Positions 28,844 through 38,020 of a stretch of 60,709 nucleotides of DNA are shown here, one piece after another. Where the stretch lies: positions 101,916 through 162,624 of the forward strand of contig MFLT01000008.1 of assembly GCA_001781415.1 (NCBI GenBank). The letters are read 5' to 3'. Every line of letters begins with the position of its first letter. Position 1 is the stretch's first letter. This DNA comes from Candidatus Kaiserbacteria bacterium RIFCSPLOWO2_01_FULL_45_25. GTDB lineage: Bacteria > Patescibacteriota > Minisyncoccia > Phycocordibacterales > UBA918. The notes below the pieces were generated by a model. That model made no database searches and was not told the DNA's origin. It saw only the letters and a list, made by a program, of their open reading frames with translations. Made by a program: the position numbers and the translations under genes.

Positions 28844-29953
28844 ATGGAAAAATTCTGGTTTGGTAAGAGAGTACTTGTAACAGGAGCAGATGGATTTGTA
28901 GGAGCACATTTAATTAAACAGCTACTTATGGACAAAGCTGTTGTGGTTGCAACCGTACGCCACCACCGTCCACTCAGCACTCTCGATCTCATTGCTGAAC
29001 CAGAAGAAAACGTTGGTAAGCCAGACATTGAAACATGTGACCTTTTAGACTATCAGGAAATTAGACGAATTTGTGATCGCCATCAAATCGATACTATTTT
29101 TCATTTAGCAGCCACTGCAATTGTGAGTAACGCAGCCAACTCTCCAATGTCGACCATTGAAAACAATGTGATGACAACACTAAATCTCCTTGAAGTTGCG
29201 CGCATCAATAACATTCCGCGTGTTGTTATTGCCTCAACCGATAAAGCCTATGGTGACCATGCTACTGACGAGACTGAGTCCCTTCCCTACAAAGAAAACT
29301 ATACCCTTCGCGGATTAGACATTTACAGTGCTTCAAAAGTTTGTGCTGATATGATTGCGCAAACGTACGCTTTCCAATTTAAACTTCCAGTAGTAATTAC
29401 GCGATCATGTAACATCTACGGACCAGGAGACCTGAACTTCACCAGACTTATTCCACGCACTATAATGCGACTTATTTCAGGAAAGGCTCCAGTCATTAAC
29501 TTGGGCAATGAGAATGTACTCCGTGAGTACTTATATGTTAAGGATGTGGTTAATGCCTACATGCACCTAGCAGAAAACATTGAAGTTTTTTACGGCGAAC
29601 AAAACAAAAATATGCCAATTAGTGGGCCAGGGACTTATGGTTGGCCAGCTTTTAACTTCTGCTCATACACCGCAGAAGAAACAAAGAACCTTTCAAGTTG
29701 TGAGAACATAAAAAGCGTAAAAGATGTTATTACAATTTTACGCAAAAAAGTTAACGACATTGAGCCAATTACAATTCCAAAGCCAGCAAACTTTATTGAA
29801 ATACCAGACCAGTATCTAGACTGTACCAAGATGAGAAACTTAGGTTTTAATTCATCAACTAGCTTTGAAACTGGCGTTAAGGAAACTATCGACTGGTACA
29901 CAAAACATTACGATACGTTAAAGATAAATGCGGCAAAATACATAAATAGCTAA
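28844..29953 (+). CDS. NAD-dependent nucleotide-sugar dehydratase/epimerase (extended SDR)
   Basis: VLVTGADGFVG, FHLAA, STDKAYG, YSASK, NIYGPGD, REYLYV. Confidence 0.92.
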   Translation: MEKFWFGKRVLVTGADGFVGAHLIKQLLMDKAVVVATVRHHRPLSTLDLIAEPEENVGKPDIETCDLLDYQEIRRICDRHQIDTIFHLAATAIVSNAANSPMSTIENNVMTTLNLLEVARINNIPRVVIASTDKAYGDHATDETESLPYKENYTLRGLDIYSASKVCADMIAQTYAFQFKLPVVITRSCNIYGPGDLNFTRLIPRTIMRLISGKAPVINLGNENVLREYLYVKDVVNAYMHLAENIEVFYGEQNKNMPISGPGTYGWPAFNFCSYTAEETKNLSSCENIKSVKDVITILRKKVNDIEPITIPKPANFIEIPDQYLDCTKMRNLGFNSSTSFETGVKETIDWYTKHYDTLKINAAKYINS

Positions 29954-29955
29954 TC

Positions 29956-31200
29956 ATGTCTTTGATCCAAACAATCAACTCCCGTTTAAAAAATGACAGT
30001 AGATTGTACTGGTGGATTCGTGAGTGTTATGTGTCACTGTATATACGACTAAAAGAACTGTCAGATACCCCTACACCAACAAAAAGAAAGCGAGTGCTTT
30101 TTTATCATATAAATAGCCTAGGTCACGCCGGTACAGAAAAATTCATCCAGATATTAGCAAAATACTTAGATAAAAATACTCATGAGGTTTTTTATCTATA
30201 TCCAGAAAATAAAAAAGGTGAACCTGGATATAAAGAGCGATATGAGTATGTAGAAAAGAGTGGTGTAAAAATGCTCCCTTTCTTATATGAGGAAGTCTCT
30301 AACACACCTCCTTATTTTGTATCAAAGATGAATCCAAATCTCCAGGCACTTATTTCTGGACTTGGTATAGATGTTTTTGTGACGGCGGGAGCAGGTCATG
30401 CCGATTTTCCTTTTTCAGGCATAAAAAATGTTCCAATTATTCTTTTAAATATTTTTGGTCAGCCAAACCTCCAAAAAAATATTGCCTTTCATCTTTGCAT
30501 CTCAAAAGAAGTAGCCAAAAAAATTGAACTAATTGTTCCACAAAATAAAATTAAAGTATTTCCAGTCCCTTCTGAAGGACCTATACCAGAAGCAATTTCG
30601 CTTGGTGCTAGTCTCCGAGAAAAATTTAATATTGATAAAAATCACACGGTTTTTGGACGTATCGGAAGATCAGATAATGGTATCCATGACACTATTGGCA
30701 TCGAGGCGTTTAAGATTGCATTAAAGCAGAGAAATGATATTCACTATTTAATAATGTCTGCGCCTTCAGATTTAATAGAGCAGGTAACAAAGGAGAATAT
30801 ACCTAACGTGCACTTTGTACAGCCAAGTAGCGAGGAAAGCGATATTTGGGCTTTCCATGCTGCTATTGATGTTCTGGCTCACTTCAGAAAAGACGGTGAA
30901 TCATTTGGTCTTAATATAGTAGAATCTATGCTTTCTGGAAAACCTATAGTCACACATAAGTCTCATATCTGGAATGCACACTTAGAATACCTAGATGAAT
31001 CTTTTTCACGAGTGGCAAATAAAGATGATGTACTTACCTATGCTGAATACCTACTAGAATTTGCTGACCTTAAGGACAAAGGCCTACTAGCTGATATGGG
31101 GTTAAAAGCACAAATAAAGTCAGAAAAACTTTTTCATATTTCTAACCTAATAAAAGAATTTGAAAACCTGATTAAACAAGCAACTTCTAAAAATGCTTAA
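29956..31200 (+). CDS. GT4-family glycosyltransferase
   Basis: AGTEK N-terminal motif; GESFGLNIVESMLSGKP (EX7E). Confidence 0.88.
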   Translation: MSLIQTINSRLKNDSRLYWWIRECYVSLYIRLKELSDTPTPTKRKRVLFYHINSLGHAGTEKFIQILAKYLDKNTHEVFYLYPENKKGEPGYKERYEYVEKSGVKMLPFLYEEVSNTPPYFVSKMNPNLQALISGLGIDVFVTAGAGHADFPFSGIKNVPIILLNIFGQPNLQKNIAFHLCISKEVAKKIELIVPQNKIKVFPVPSEGPIPEAISLGASLREKFNIDKNHTVFGRIGRSDNGIHDTIGIEAFKIALKQRNDIHYLIMSAPSDLIEQVTKENIPNVHFVQPSSEESDIWAFHAAIDVLAHFRKDGESFGLNIVESMLSGKPIVTHKSHIWNAHLEYLDESFSRVANKDDVLTYAEYLLEFADLKDKGLLADMGLKAQIKSEKLFHISNLIKEFENLIKQATSKNA

Positions 31201-32209
31201 TGTAATTTCACGTTCGATAGTTTCTACTCATACGCGTGGACCGCGTAAGGTAGTAGCTAATTTGCTGAAAGGATTAGATGAGATTGGTTATCCATACGTA
31301 GTAAATGCTGCACTGGATGCGACAGACACACTATGGATCCACGATGACAGCGCTGCGCTTGAAGCTGCGCTGGCACTACCAGGTTCTCCAGCTATTATTG
31401 CCGGACCAAATATCTTTACCCTACCCAGCGAAATACCTAGTAGTGTTTTGGCAAAGAACGTACTCTTCATCCATCCAGCCAAGTGGGTACAGGAATTTTG
31501 GGATAGGTTTAGTACCACAAAAATAAACAGTGTGGTTTGGCCGGTCGGTATCGATACCAGGACTTTTGCACCAATTGATTCAATGGCAAAAGACCTTGTG
31601 CTTGTATATAACAAACAACGTCCACAATCAGATGTAGACGCTGTCTGCAAAGCACTAGAAGCTCGAGGAGAGCGGTTTGCGGTAATTACTTACGGCAATT
31701 ACAAGGAGACTGAATATCAGGAACTCCTCGCAGAAGCCAAAGCTGTTGTATGGGTGGGACGCTCTGAAAGCCAAGGAGTAGGTCTCCTTGAGTCACTATC
31801 CATGAATGTGCCTATACTGCTTTGGGATATTAAAAAATTTGGTGATTTTGTCGGGGCTTCACAATCTAACTTTTCAGCCGAGCAGCTAGCTTTTACTCCA
31901 GTCACTGCGGCGCCTTATTTTGATGAACGCTGCGGTATACGACTTATCACACAAGCAGACTTAGAGCCGACCCTAACTACCTTCCTTAGCTCCCTCTCCA
32001 CTTTTGGTCCCCGAAGCTATATAGAGGCTGAACTATCTCTCGCCAAACAAGCTACGGCTTTTGTAGAGCTCTTCAAGATTAATTTTAATAAGACCGATAG
32101 TGAGCTTAAAAGCCCAGTGCTTCATTCCACCAAAAAGTGGCAAAATGGCACGCTTTACTTCAAGTGTCTTACCCGCCTAAAAGATGCAGTGCGTCAGATA
32201 ATACGTTAA
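31193..32209 (+). CDS. GT-B fold glycosyltransferase
   Basis: WPVGIDT, ESQGVGLLESLSMNVP (EX7E). Confidence 0.8.
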   Translation: MLNVISRSIVSTHTRGPRKVVANLLKGLDEIGYPYVVNAALDATDTLWIHDDSAALEAALALPGSPAIIAGPNIFTLPSEIPSSVLAKNVLFIHPAKWVQEFWDRFSTTKINSVVWPVGIDTRTFAPIDSMAKDLVLVYNKQRPQSDVDAVCKALEARGERFAVITYGNYKETEYQELLAEAKAVVWVGRSESQGVGLLESLSMNVPILLWDIKKFGDFVGASQSNFSAEQLAFTPVTAAPYFDERCGIRLITQADLEPTLTTFLSSLSTFGPRSYIEAELSLAKQATAFVELFKINFNKTDSELKSPVLHSTKKWQNGTLYFKCLTRLKDAVRQIIR

Positions 32210-32210
32210 T

Positions 32211-32960
32211 ATGCAACCTATGTTACAGCTCGCTAAAAAAATCTATAAGCTCGGCAAGAATATTATTCTTAGTCCGTTTGTTATCTATGATTATTGGAGC
32301 TTCAAGCAACTAGATAAAAACCCCCGCTTTGAGTTAGGGATTCGAGACTTTTTTCCGCAAATATTTGATAAGACTAAGTTAACTGGTTTTGATCGGCACT
32401 ATGTTTATCACACTGCCTGGGCGGCACGTAAGGTAGCACAGATTGCTCCAGCCAAGCATGTTGATATCGCCTCTAGTCTCTATTTCCCAGGACTTGTCTC
32501 TGCGTTTATTCCGGTTGATTTTTATGACTATCGTCCGGCCCCACTACACTTGAGTGGACTCGCTACCGAACATGCAGATTTAACCCAACTTCATTTTGAA
32601 TCAAATTCAATTCCCTCTTTGTCTTGTCTGCATACCATTGAACACATTGGCCTTGGCCGCTACGGTGACCCGATTGATCCAGAGGGAGACATCAAAGCCT
32701 GTGCTGAACTGTCACGGGTACTCGCGCCGGGCGGGTCCTTGCTCTTTGTGACACCAGTTGGAAAAAAGGCGATTATTCAGTTCAATGCTCATCGCATCTA
32801 TACCTACGAAAAAGTACTAGCCCTCTTCCCCACCCTTAAACTCGAAGAATTTTCGTTTGTGCCTGAACATGGCACTGACGGTGTACATGAACACGCCAAT
32901 CCAATAGAACTACAAAATGAGACTTATGCTTGTGGCTTGTTCTGGTTTAAAAAAGTGTAG
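32211..32960 (+). CDS. DUF268-like SAM-dependent methyltransferase-fold protein
   Basis: HVDIAS, SCLHTIEHIGLGRYGDPIDPEGD, RIY motifs. Confidence 0.85.
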   Translation: MQPMLQLAKKIYKLGKNIILSPFVIYDYWSFKQLDKNPRFELGIRDFFPQIFDKTKLTGFDRHYVYHTAWAARKVAQIAPAKHVDIASSLYFPGLVSAFIPVDFYDYRPAPLHLSGLATEHADLTQLHFESNSIPSLSCLHTIEHIGLGRYGDPIDPEGDIKACAELSRVLAPGGSLLFVTPVGKKAIIQFNAHRIYTYEKVLALFPTLKLEEFSFVPEHGTDGVHEHANPIELQNETYACGLFWFKKV

Positions 32961-32963
32961 CTT

Positions 32964-33830
32964 ATGGTAATCGTTAACCTCAAAGGTGGACTTGGCAACC
33001 AAATGTTTCAGTACGCCCTGGGTCGTCACTTAGCAGAGAAGAATAATGCTGTACTCAAGCTCGACACTACGAGCTTATCTAAAGCCGAAGAAATCGGTAA
33101 TATCTACCGACCTTTTGACCTAGATGCCTTTAATATAAAAAACGAACAAGCCACTCCTGAGGAAATAAGAGCCCTGCAGTATCCCTATGGCCTTATTTCT
33201 AAATTCATAAATAATTTTAAGCTAAAGATACTGCGAAGGACTTTTGTCGAATTTGATGAAAAAATACTAGAATTAAAAGACAATACTTATCTTGATGGCT
33301 ATTGGCAAAGTCCAAAGTATTTTGAGGCTATTCGGAATATACTTATTGCTGAGTTCACTCTAAAGAGCCCACTTTCACCAAGCAGCCAAGCACTTCAAGC
33401 AAAGATACTTGAGTCTACTTCAGTAGCGCTTCATGTCCGCCACGGTGATTATGTAACTAACAAGCGAGTATTCAACGAAAATGGTATCTGTTCAGTTGAT
33501 TATTACAAACAGGCTATTGATATTATTTCTTCAAAGGTAACTAATCCAACATTCTTCGTCTTCTCTGATGATATTGCTTGGGTTAAGGCCAACCTTCCCC
33601 TACCGACTGAGACTGTCTTTGTGTCTGGTGAGACTATTAGTGCTCCAGAGGAGCTATACCTCATGAGTGTCTGCCAGCACAACATAATTGCCAACAGCTC
33701 ATTTAGCTGGTGGGGTGCTTGGCTTAACCAAAATGGAGACAAGACGGTAATTGCGCCAACTCCTTGGTTTGATACGATTACCTATGACGACAACCTTATT
33801 CTCAACTCATGGATACAACTACCGAAGTAA
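32964..33830 (+). CDS. GT11 alpha-1,2-fucosyltransferase
   Basis: GGLGNQMFQYA, GYWQS, HVRHGDY, FSDD, NSSFSWWGAWL. Confidence 0.95.
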   Translation: MVIVNLKGGLGNQMFQYALGRHLAEKNNAVLKLDTTSLSKAEEIGNIYRPFDLDAFNIKNEQATPEEIRALQYPYGLISKFINNFKLKILRRTFVEFDEKILELKDNTYLDGYWQSPKYFEAIRNILIAEFTLKSPLSPSSQALQAKILESTSVALHVRHGDYVTNKRVFNENGICSVDYYKQAIDIISSKVTNPTFFVFSDDIAWVKANLPLPTETVFVSGETISAPEELYLMSVCQHNIIANSSFSWWGAWLNQNGDKTVIAPTPWFDTITYDDNLILNSWIQLPK

Positions 33831-34597
33831 AAACTAAGCCACTTGTAACTATATTAATGCTCACGTACAACCGCGCGCATTTTTTGCCTGAAGCCATAGA
33901 TAGTGTATTACATCAAACCTGCAGTGACTGGGAACTTGTAATCATCGACGATGGCTCGACTGATGGAACCAAGGACCTTATTGCCAGCTACACAGACCCA
34001 CGCATTCGTTATATTAGACACGAAGATAATGCTGGGTTATTTGTTCGTCGTGTTGAATCACTTTCTTATGCAACTGGTGTATACACCGCAATACTCGATA
34101 GCGACGACTACTGGCCTGGTGAAAATAAGCTCACGGAGCAGGTAGCTTTTTTGGATATTAACCCTGAATATGTGGTGGTCGGAACTCAAGCCGAATTAAT
34201 TGATGCAGAGGGTAAAAACCTCGGAAGTTATCAAGTGGCAACAACTGATTCAGACATCCGAAATATAATTTTACGACGCAATCAATTTATTCACTCTAGT
34301 CTTCTTATCCGTACAGAGACACTCAAGAAGACAGACGGTTACCAACCTACTCTGGCCGAAGATCTTGAGTTGGTACTTCAACTTGGAAAACACGGAAAGC
34401 TAGCGAACCTTCCTTTTCCACACACTGCCCATCGAGAACACAGTGACTCTGAAAATGATCACGGAATAAAAATGGCACGCGGTGTAGACTGGATTATCGC
34501 CAGGCACGCTTATGCATACCATCACGCAATATCAGCCAGACTTTTTAGCAAACTACGCCTCTCGCTTGGCAGCCTAAAAGCCTTCCTATCTCAATAA
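33809..34597 (+). CDS. GT2-family glycosyltransferase
   Basis: LTYNRA, IDDGSTD, LDSDD, AED. Confidence 0.9.
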   Translation: MDTTTEVKTKPLVTILMLTYNRAHFLPEAIDSVLHQTCSDWELVIIDDGSTDGTKDLIASYTDPRIRYIRHEDNAGLFVRRVESLSYATGVYTAILDSDDYWPGENKLTEQVAFLDINPEYVVVGTQAELIDAEGKNLGSYQVATTDSDIRNIILRRNQFIHSSLLIRTETLKKTDGYQPTLAEDLELVLQLGKHGKLANLPFPHTAHREHSDSENDHGIKMARGVDWIIARHAYAYHHAISARLFSKLRLSLGSLKAFLSQ

Positions 34598-34674
34598 CAC
34601 AACAAGTTATCCCAACTAGTTAAATACTAACGTCTAAAGGGCAAAATAGGCCTTTAAAGCGGTCTTTAGGTGGA

Positions 34675-35556
34675 CTATCTGGTCTTTTTAGGCTTTGTTG
34701 GTTCTTCCTCATCAAAGCCCCATTCTGAAGACAGACTGCGGTGGAGCAGGCGGGATAATAGCGCGACGTCTTGGCGGTAGTAGTCTTTGAGGTAGCTCTC
34801 TAATTCTGGAGACAATGGAATCTTTCGCGCTACCATAGCCGCAGTCTCCAGTGGCACCTCGGGTGGATAGAGACGGTTGGCTAAATTGGTGAAAAAATCC
34901 TTGGTGTGTTGCTTGAGGAAACGGAAGGTACGCTTGATGAGACCAGGTTTGTGCTTTGGATCATCCTCAACTGGTACTAGATGCACAAGCGGAGGTGGGA
35001 TAAATGAACTATCTACACCAATATGCTCATAGGTTTCTTTAACTACTCGGAGCGCATCATTTCGCACATCGCCGGCGGTCACTACCAACAAATCAATTGG
35101 GGCGTAGTAGCTGAAGTATTGTGCCAGCTGGCGACCGTAGCGAGCATTAAAAAGTACGTCGGGATTTTGTTTAAGAAATAGAGCTAGCGAAGTCTGCGGC
35201 GTGATGGTATGTGCGCGTCTTGCCTCAACATACGCTACCCGTACCGAAGTCAGCGGATTCTCAATGACCGCCACTAGATGGGCGTTTGGGTAGGTGCGCA
35301 CAATAAGCGCCGCCGCCTGCGCACTTTGAATGTAGTTACTAGCCAGTTCGCCACACACCATACTTGCTCCCCGTTTGGCAAAAAAACTCTCGTACCAATC
35401 AATTCCCTGCTTGAAGGCTTCGGTACTGCCAAAAAACTGTGTGTCTGCGGCCGTGCAGACACCAGGGTGACTTTTTATATATGAATACAATAATGGCGCA
35501 GCGCTGGCGGAGCCAATACCGATAAATGAAACAAGTCTGCGTTGAGGGCGTCTCAT
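34675..35556 (-). CDS. Sulfotransferase-fold protein with a degenerate PAPS-binding loop
   Basis: FIGIG..LLYSYIKSHP, FF..GIDWYESFF, GE.A..Y, IENP, GRQLAQY, LKDYYRQDV; start moved to ATG 35556. Confidence 0.75.
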   Translation of the reverse strand: MRRPQRRLVSFIGIGSASAAPLLYSYIKSHPGVCTAADTQFFGSTEAFKQGIDWYESFFAKRGASMVCGELASNYIQSAQAAALIVRTYPNAHLVAVIENPLTSVRVAYVEARRAHTITPQTSLALFLKQNPDVLFNARYGRQLAQYFSYYAPIDLLVVTAGDVRNDALRVVKETYEHIGVDSSFIPPPLVHLVPVEDDPKHKPGLIKRTFRFLKQHTKDFFTNLANRLYPPEVPLETAAMVARKIPLSPELESYLKDYYRQDVALLSRLLHRSLSSEWGFDEEEPTKPKKTR

Positions 35557-35557
35557 A

Positions 35558-36916
35558 TTATATGGAGTTATCTTCGACCGGTTCTGTGGCTTCAGTTGCT
35601 TCAGCCATTCCCAAAAACAATACTTCTTCAATACTTTCCCGATACGCCGCTTTGTACCTGACTGGGTCCTCATGGAACTTAGTCATGATTATCTGCTGAG
35701 CATTTTCAGCGATGTGCTTGCGCAGCGGTAGGTCATTCATGAGAATATTGAGCTTGAGACTATACTCATCGATATTATCTGGGGCGCACATCAAGGCCGA
35801 TTCACCATCGGTAAATATATCCTCTCGCATTGGTGTACGGGCTAGAATCATCGGGATGCCGGCGGCGGCGGCCCGAAGCACAATCTCCTCACTTTCGGGA
35901 GTAGTGTCTGGCATTACTAGTACATTGGCGGACTTCATGTACTGAACGTCGTCTTTTACTCCCTCTTCAAATACCACCTGCTCACGTACTCCAAGGATTT
36001 TGGCGCGTTCTTCAAACTCCTTCTTGGCCGGACCTTCCCCCACCGCCACCAGTCCAATTCGGGGATTTTTTAAACCAAACCGAGCCGCGTCTATGACACG
36101 GTAGAAAAAGCTATCATGACCAAGGGTACCAACATACAAAATAATAAAAATGTATGACTTGTACTTAGCGCGTAAGTCTAGTGTAGACGGAGCGGTGCGT
36201 ACTCCTTCAAAATTATTGAAACGCGGCAAGACTGCTAAGTCTGCTGTCTGGAATCGCTTAGCCAAAAAATCATAGAGGGCTTTGGTGCTAGTACGAATAC
36301 TTAGAATCCGTGGGACGGTAAACCGCGGCATATACCGACGCCAGCGGTTGTGGCGATTCTTGGCCAAGAACTCCTTGGTGGTGTAGTCCTCAAGCACATG
36401 GAGCTGAACTGGGCGCTCATACTTTCGTCCGAGGTGGATTGCCAAAGCTGCACTTTCATACGGGTCGCGCGCCACAATGATGTCTGGACGAAAACCATCA
36501 GCAAACACCAATTGATTTAGTACTAATTTATTACCAACAAACGGTGTCCCCCACCAATCTTTATGGGTGGCGGTATACAGCCACATGTTGGGCGCCAAGC
36601 GCAAGACTGGGTTTTTGGCCGGGATACCCTGCCGCAATATTAGAATATGCACCTCATGAAAGAGGTCCGCCAAATTAGTGTATCCGTCTAGTGACTGCTG
36701 AGTAGGGTTGAGCAGTGACTCGTCTTGAGAAATAAATAACACCCGCGTGATATTGCGATTTGATTGTGTTTGAAAAACAGCGTCCGACCGCATCGCCTCT
36801 TCTACCGAGACATAAGTGTTGTCGTCTTTAGGGGCACTGTCTTTTTTGAGAATATATTCCAGGTTCGAACGCTCTACATCTGAGGCATCGAAGCTTGAAA
36901 GATTTTTCCTTGCCAT
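35558..36916 (-). CDS. GT4-like glycosyltransferase-fold protein, possibly degenerate
   Basis: ILYVGTL, VAVGEGP..EFEERAKILG, SANVLV, AAAAGIP; start moved to ATG 36916. Confidence 0.75.
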   Translation of the reverse strand: MARKNLSSFDASDVERSNLEYILKKDSAPKDDNTYVSVEEAMRSDAVFQTQSNRNITRVLFISQDESLLNPTQQSLDGYTNLADLFHEVHILILRQGIPAKNPVLRLAPNMWLYTATHKDWWGTPFVGNKLVLNQLVFADGFRPDIIVARDPYESAALAIHLGRKYERPVQLHVLEDYTTKEFLAKNRHNRWRRYMPRFTVPRILSIRTSTKALYDFLAKRFQTADLAVLPRFNNFEGVRTAPSTLDLRAKYKSYIFIILYVGTLGHDSFFYRVIDAARFGLKNPRIGLVAVGEGPAKKEFEERAKILGVREQVVFEEGVKDDVQYMKSANVLVMPDTTPESEEIVLRAAAAGIPMILARTPMREDIFTDGESALMCAPDNIDEYSLKLNILMNDLPLRKHIAENAQQIIMTKFHEDPVRYKAAYRESIEEVLFLGMAEATEATEPVEDNSI

Positions 36917-36973
36917 GTCACTACTAGTATACCGTGCTTGCATACAAGTATGGGAGTGCGTAGTGGGAGAAAG

Positions 36974-37978
36974 TTAATGAGTCTCAAGAATTTCCATGAG
37001 AGCTCGAGCTAGAGCGTGTGAGTCGTGACGAATTAAACTTCGCTTCACGACATCTCCAGAAGTCAGTACTACTTCTTCTTCAGACACTAGTGGCAGAGCA
37101 GTGATGGTGCACACGTCACCGTTACAATTATTTAAAATTGGATGGTTACCTTCAGCATCATACTTACTAAGCAAGTCATCACGAAAGGTCGCGGTATTAA
37201 TTAGCGCTACATCGGGCGCGCGACCAATATGAGCAGCTATCTCTGCGATATGTTCAGCGGCGTGCATGCCAACTGTCTGTCCGCGCTTAGACATCAAGTT
37301 ACAAACGTACACGATGGTGGCCTTGCTCTCCGCCACCGCTTCACGAAAGCCAGACACGACACAGTTGGCTAGTACACTGGTATATAAATCTCCTGGACCA
37401 AAGACAAGTAAATCAGCCGAAATAATGGCTTGGCGGGCATCTTCTGTGATATACGCCTCAGGTGTGACGCCAAGAGAAGTAATGCGTGAGTCACCTTGAT
37501 ATATGAGTGATTCGTCGATATCGTTCTCGCCAACCACCACCGTACCGTCTTCGTAAGTAGCAACAAGCTGCACGTCACTGGTAGTGACTGGCACTACTCT
37601 CCCCGAAACCTTGAGGATGTGCGAAGCGGCTTTGATGGCCGCCTCTTCGCTACCTAGGATGTCCGTGAGGGCGGTTAAAAATAAGTTGCCGAAGTTGTGT
37701 CCAGACAGTCCCTCACCCTTGGCAAAACGGTATAAGAAAAGTTGGCGAAGTAAGTCATCATGAGCATCCCCTTCTGAGGCCAGGGCGGAGAGGGCGTTTC
37801 GAACATCACCAATCGGCAGAAAACCAAACTCATCTCGCAGACGACCCGTTGAGCCACCTGAGTCCGCCATACTAACAATGGCTGTGATGTCTAGCTTATC
37901 AGCGTACGCGCGAAGTCCACGCAAAACTGTGTGCGTACCTGTCCCGCCGCCAACTACCACTACGCGCTTTTTTGTCAT
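36974..37978 (-). CDS. yvcK: YvcK/CofD-like UDP-GlcNAc-binding gluconeogenesis factor
   Basis: VVVGGGTG, DSGGSTGRLR, GDVRNAL, GHNFGNL, GPGDLYTS, NLM, RHDS. Confidence 0.92.
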   Translation of the reverse strand: MTKKRVVVVGGGTGTHTVLRGLRAYADKLDITAIVSMADSGGSTGRLRDEFGFLPIGDVRNALSALASEGDAHDDLLRQLFLYRFAKGEGLSGHNFGNLFLTALTDILGSEEAAIKAASHILKVSGRVVPVTTSDVQLVATYEDGTVVVGENDIDESLIYQGDSRITSLGVTPEAYITEDARQAIISADLLVFGPGDLYTSVLANCVVSGFREAVAESKATIVYVCNLMSKRGQTVGMHAAEHIAEIAAHIGRAPDVALINTATFRDDLLSKYDAEGNHPILNNCNGDVCTITALPLVSEEEVVLTSGDVVKRSLIRHDSHALARALMEILETH

Positions 37979-38020
37979 ATCTGTATAAAACTACGCAGTT
38001 ATTAAATAAGTAACGTGAAG

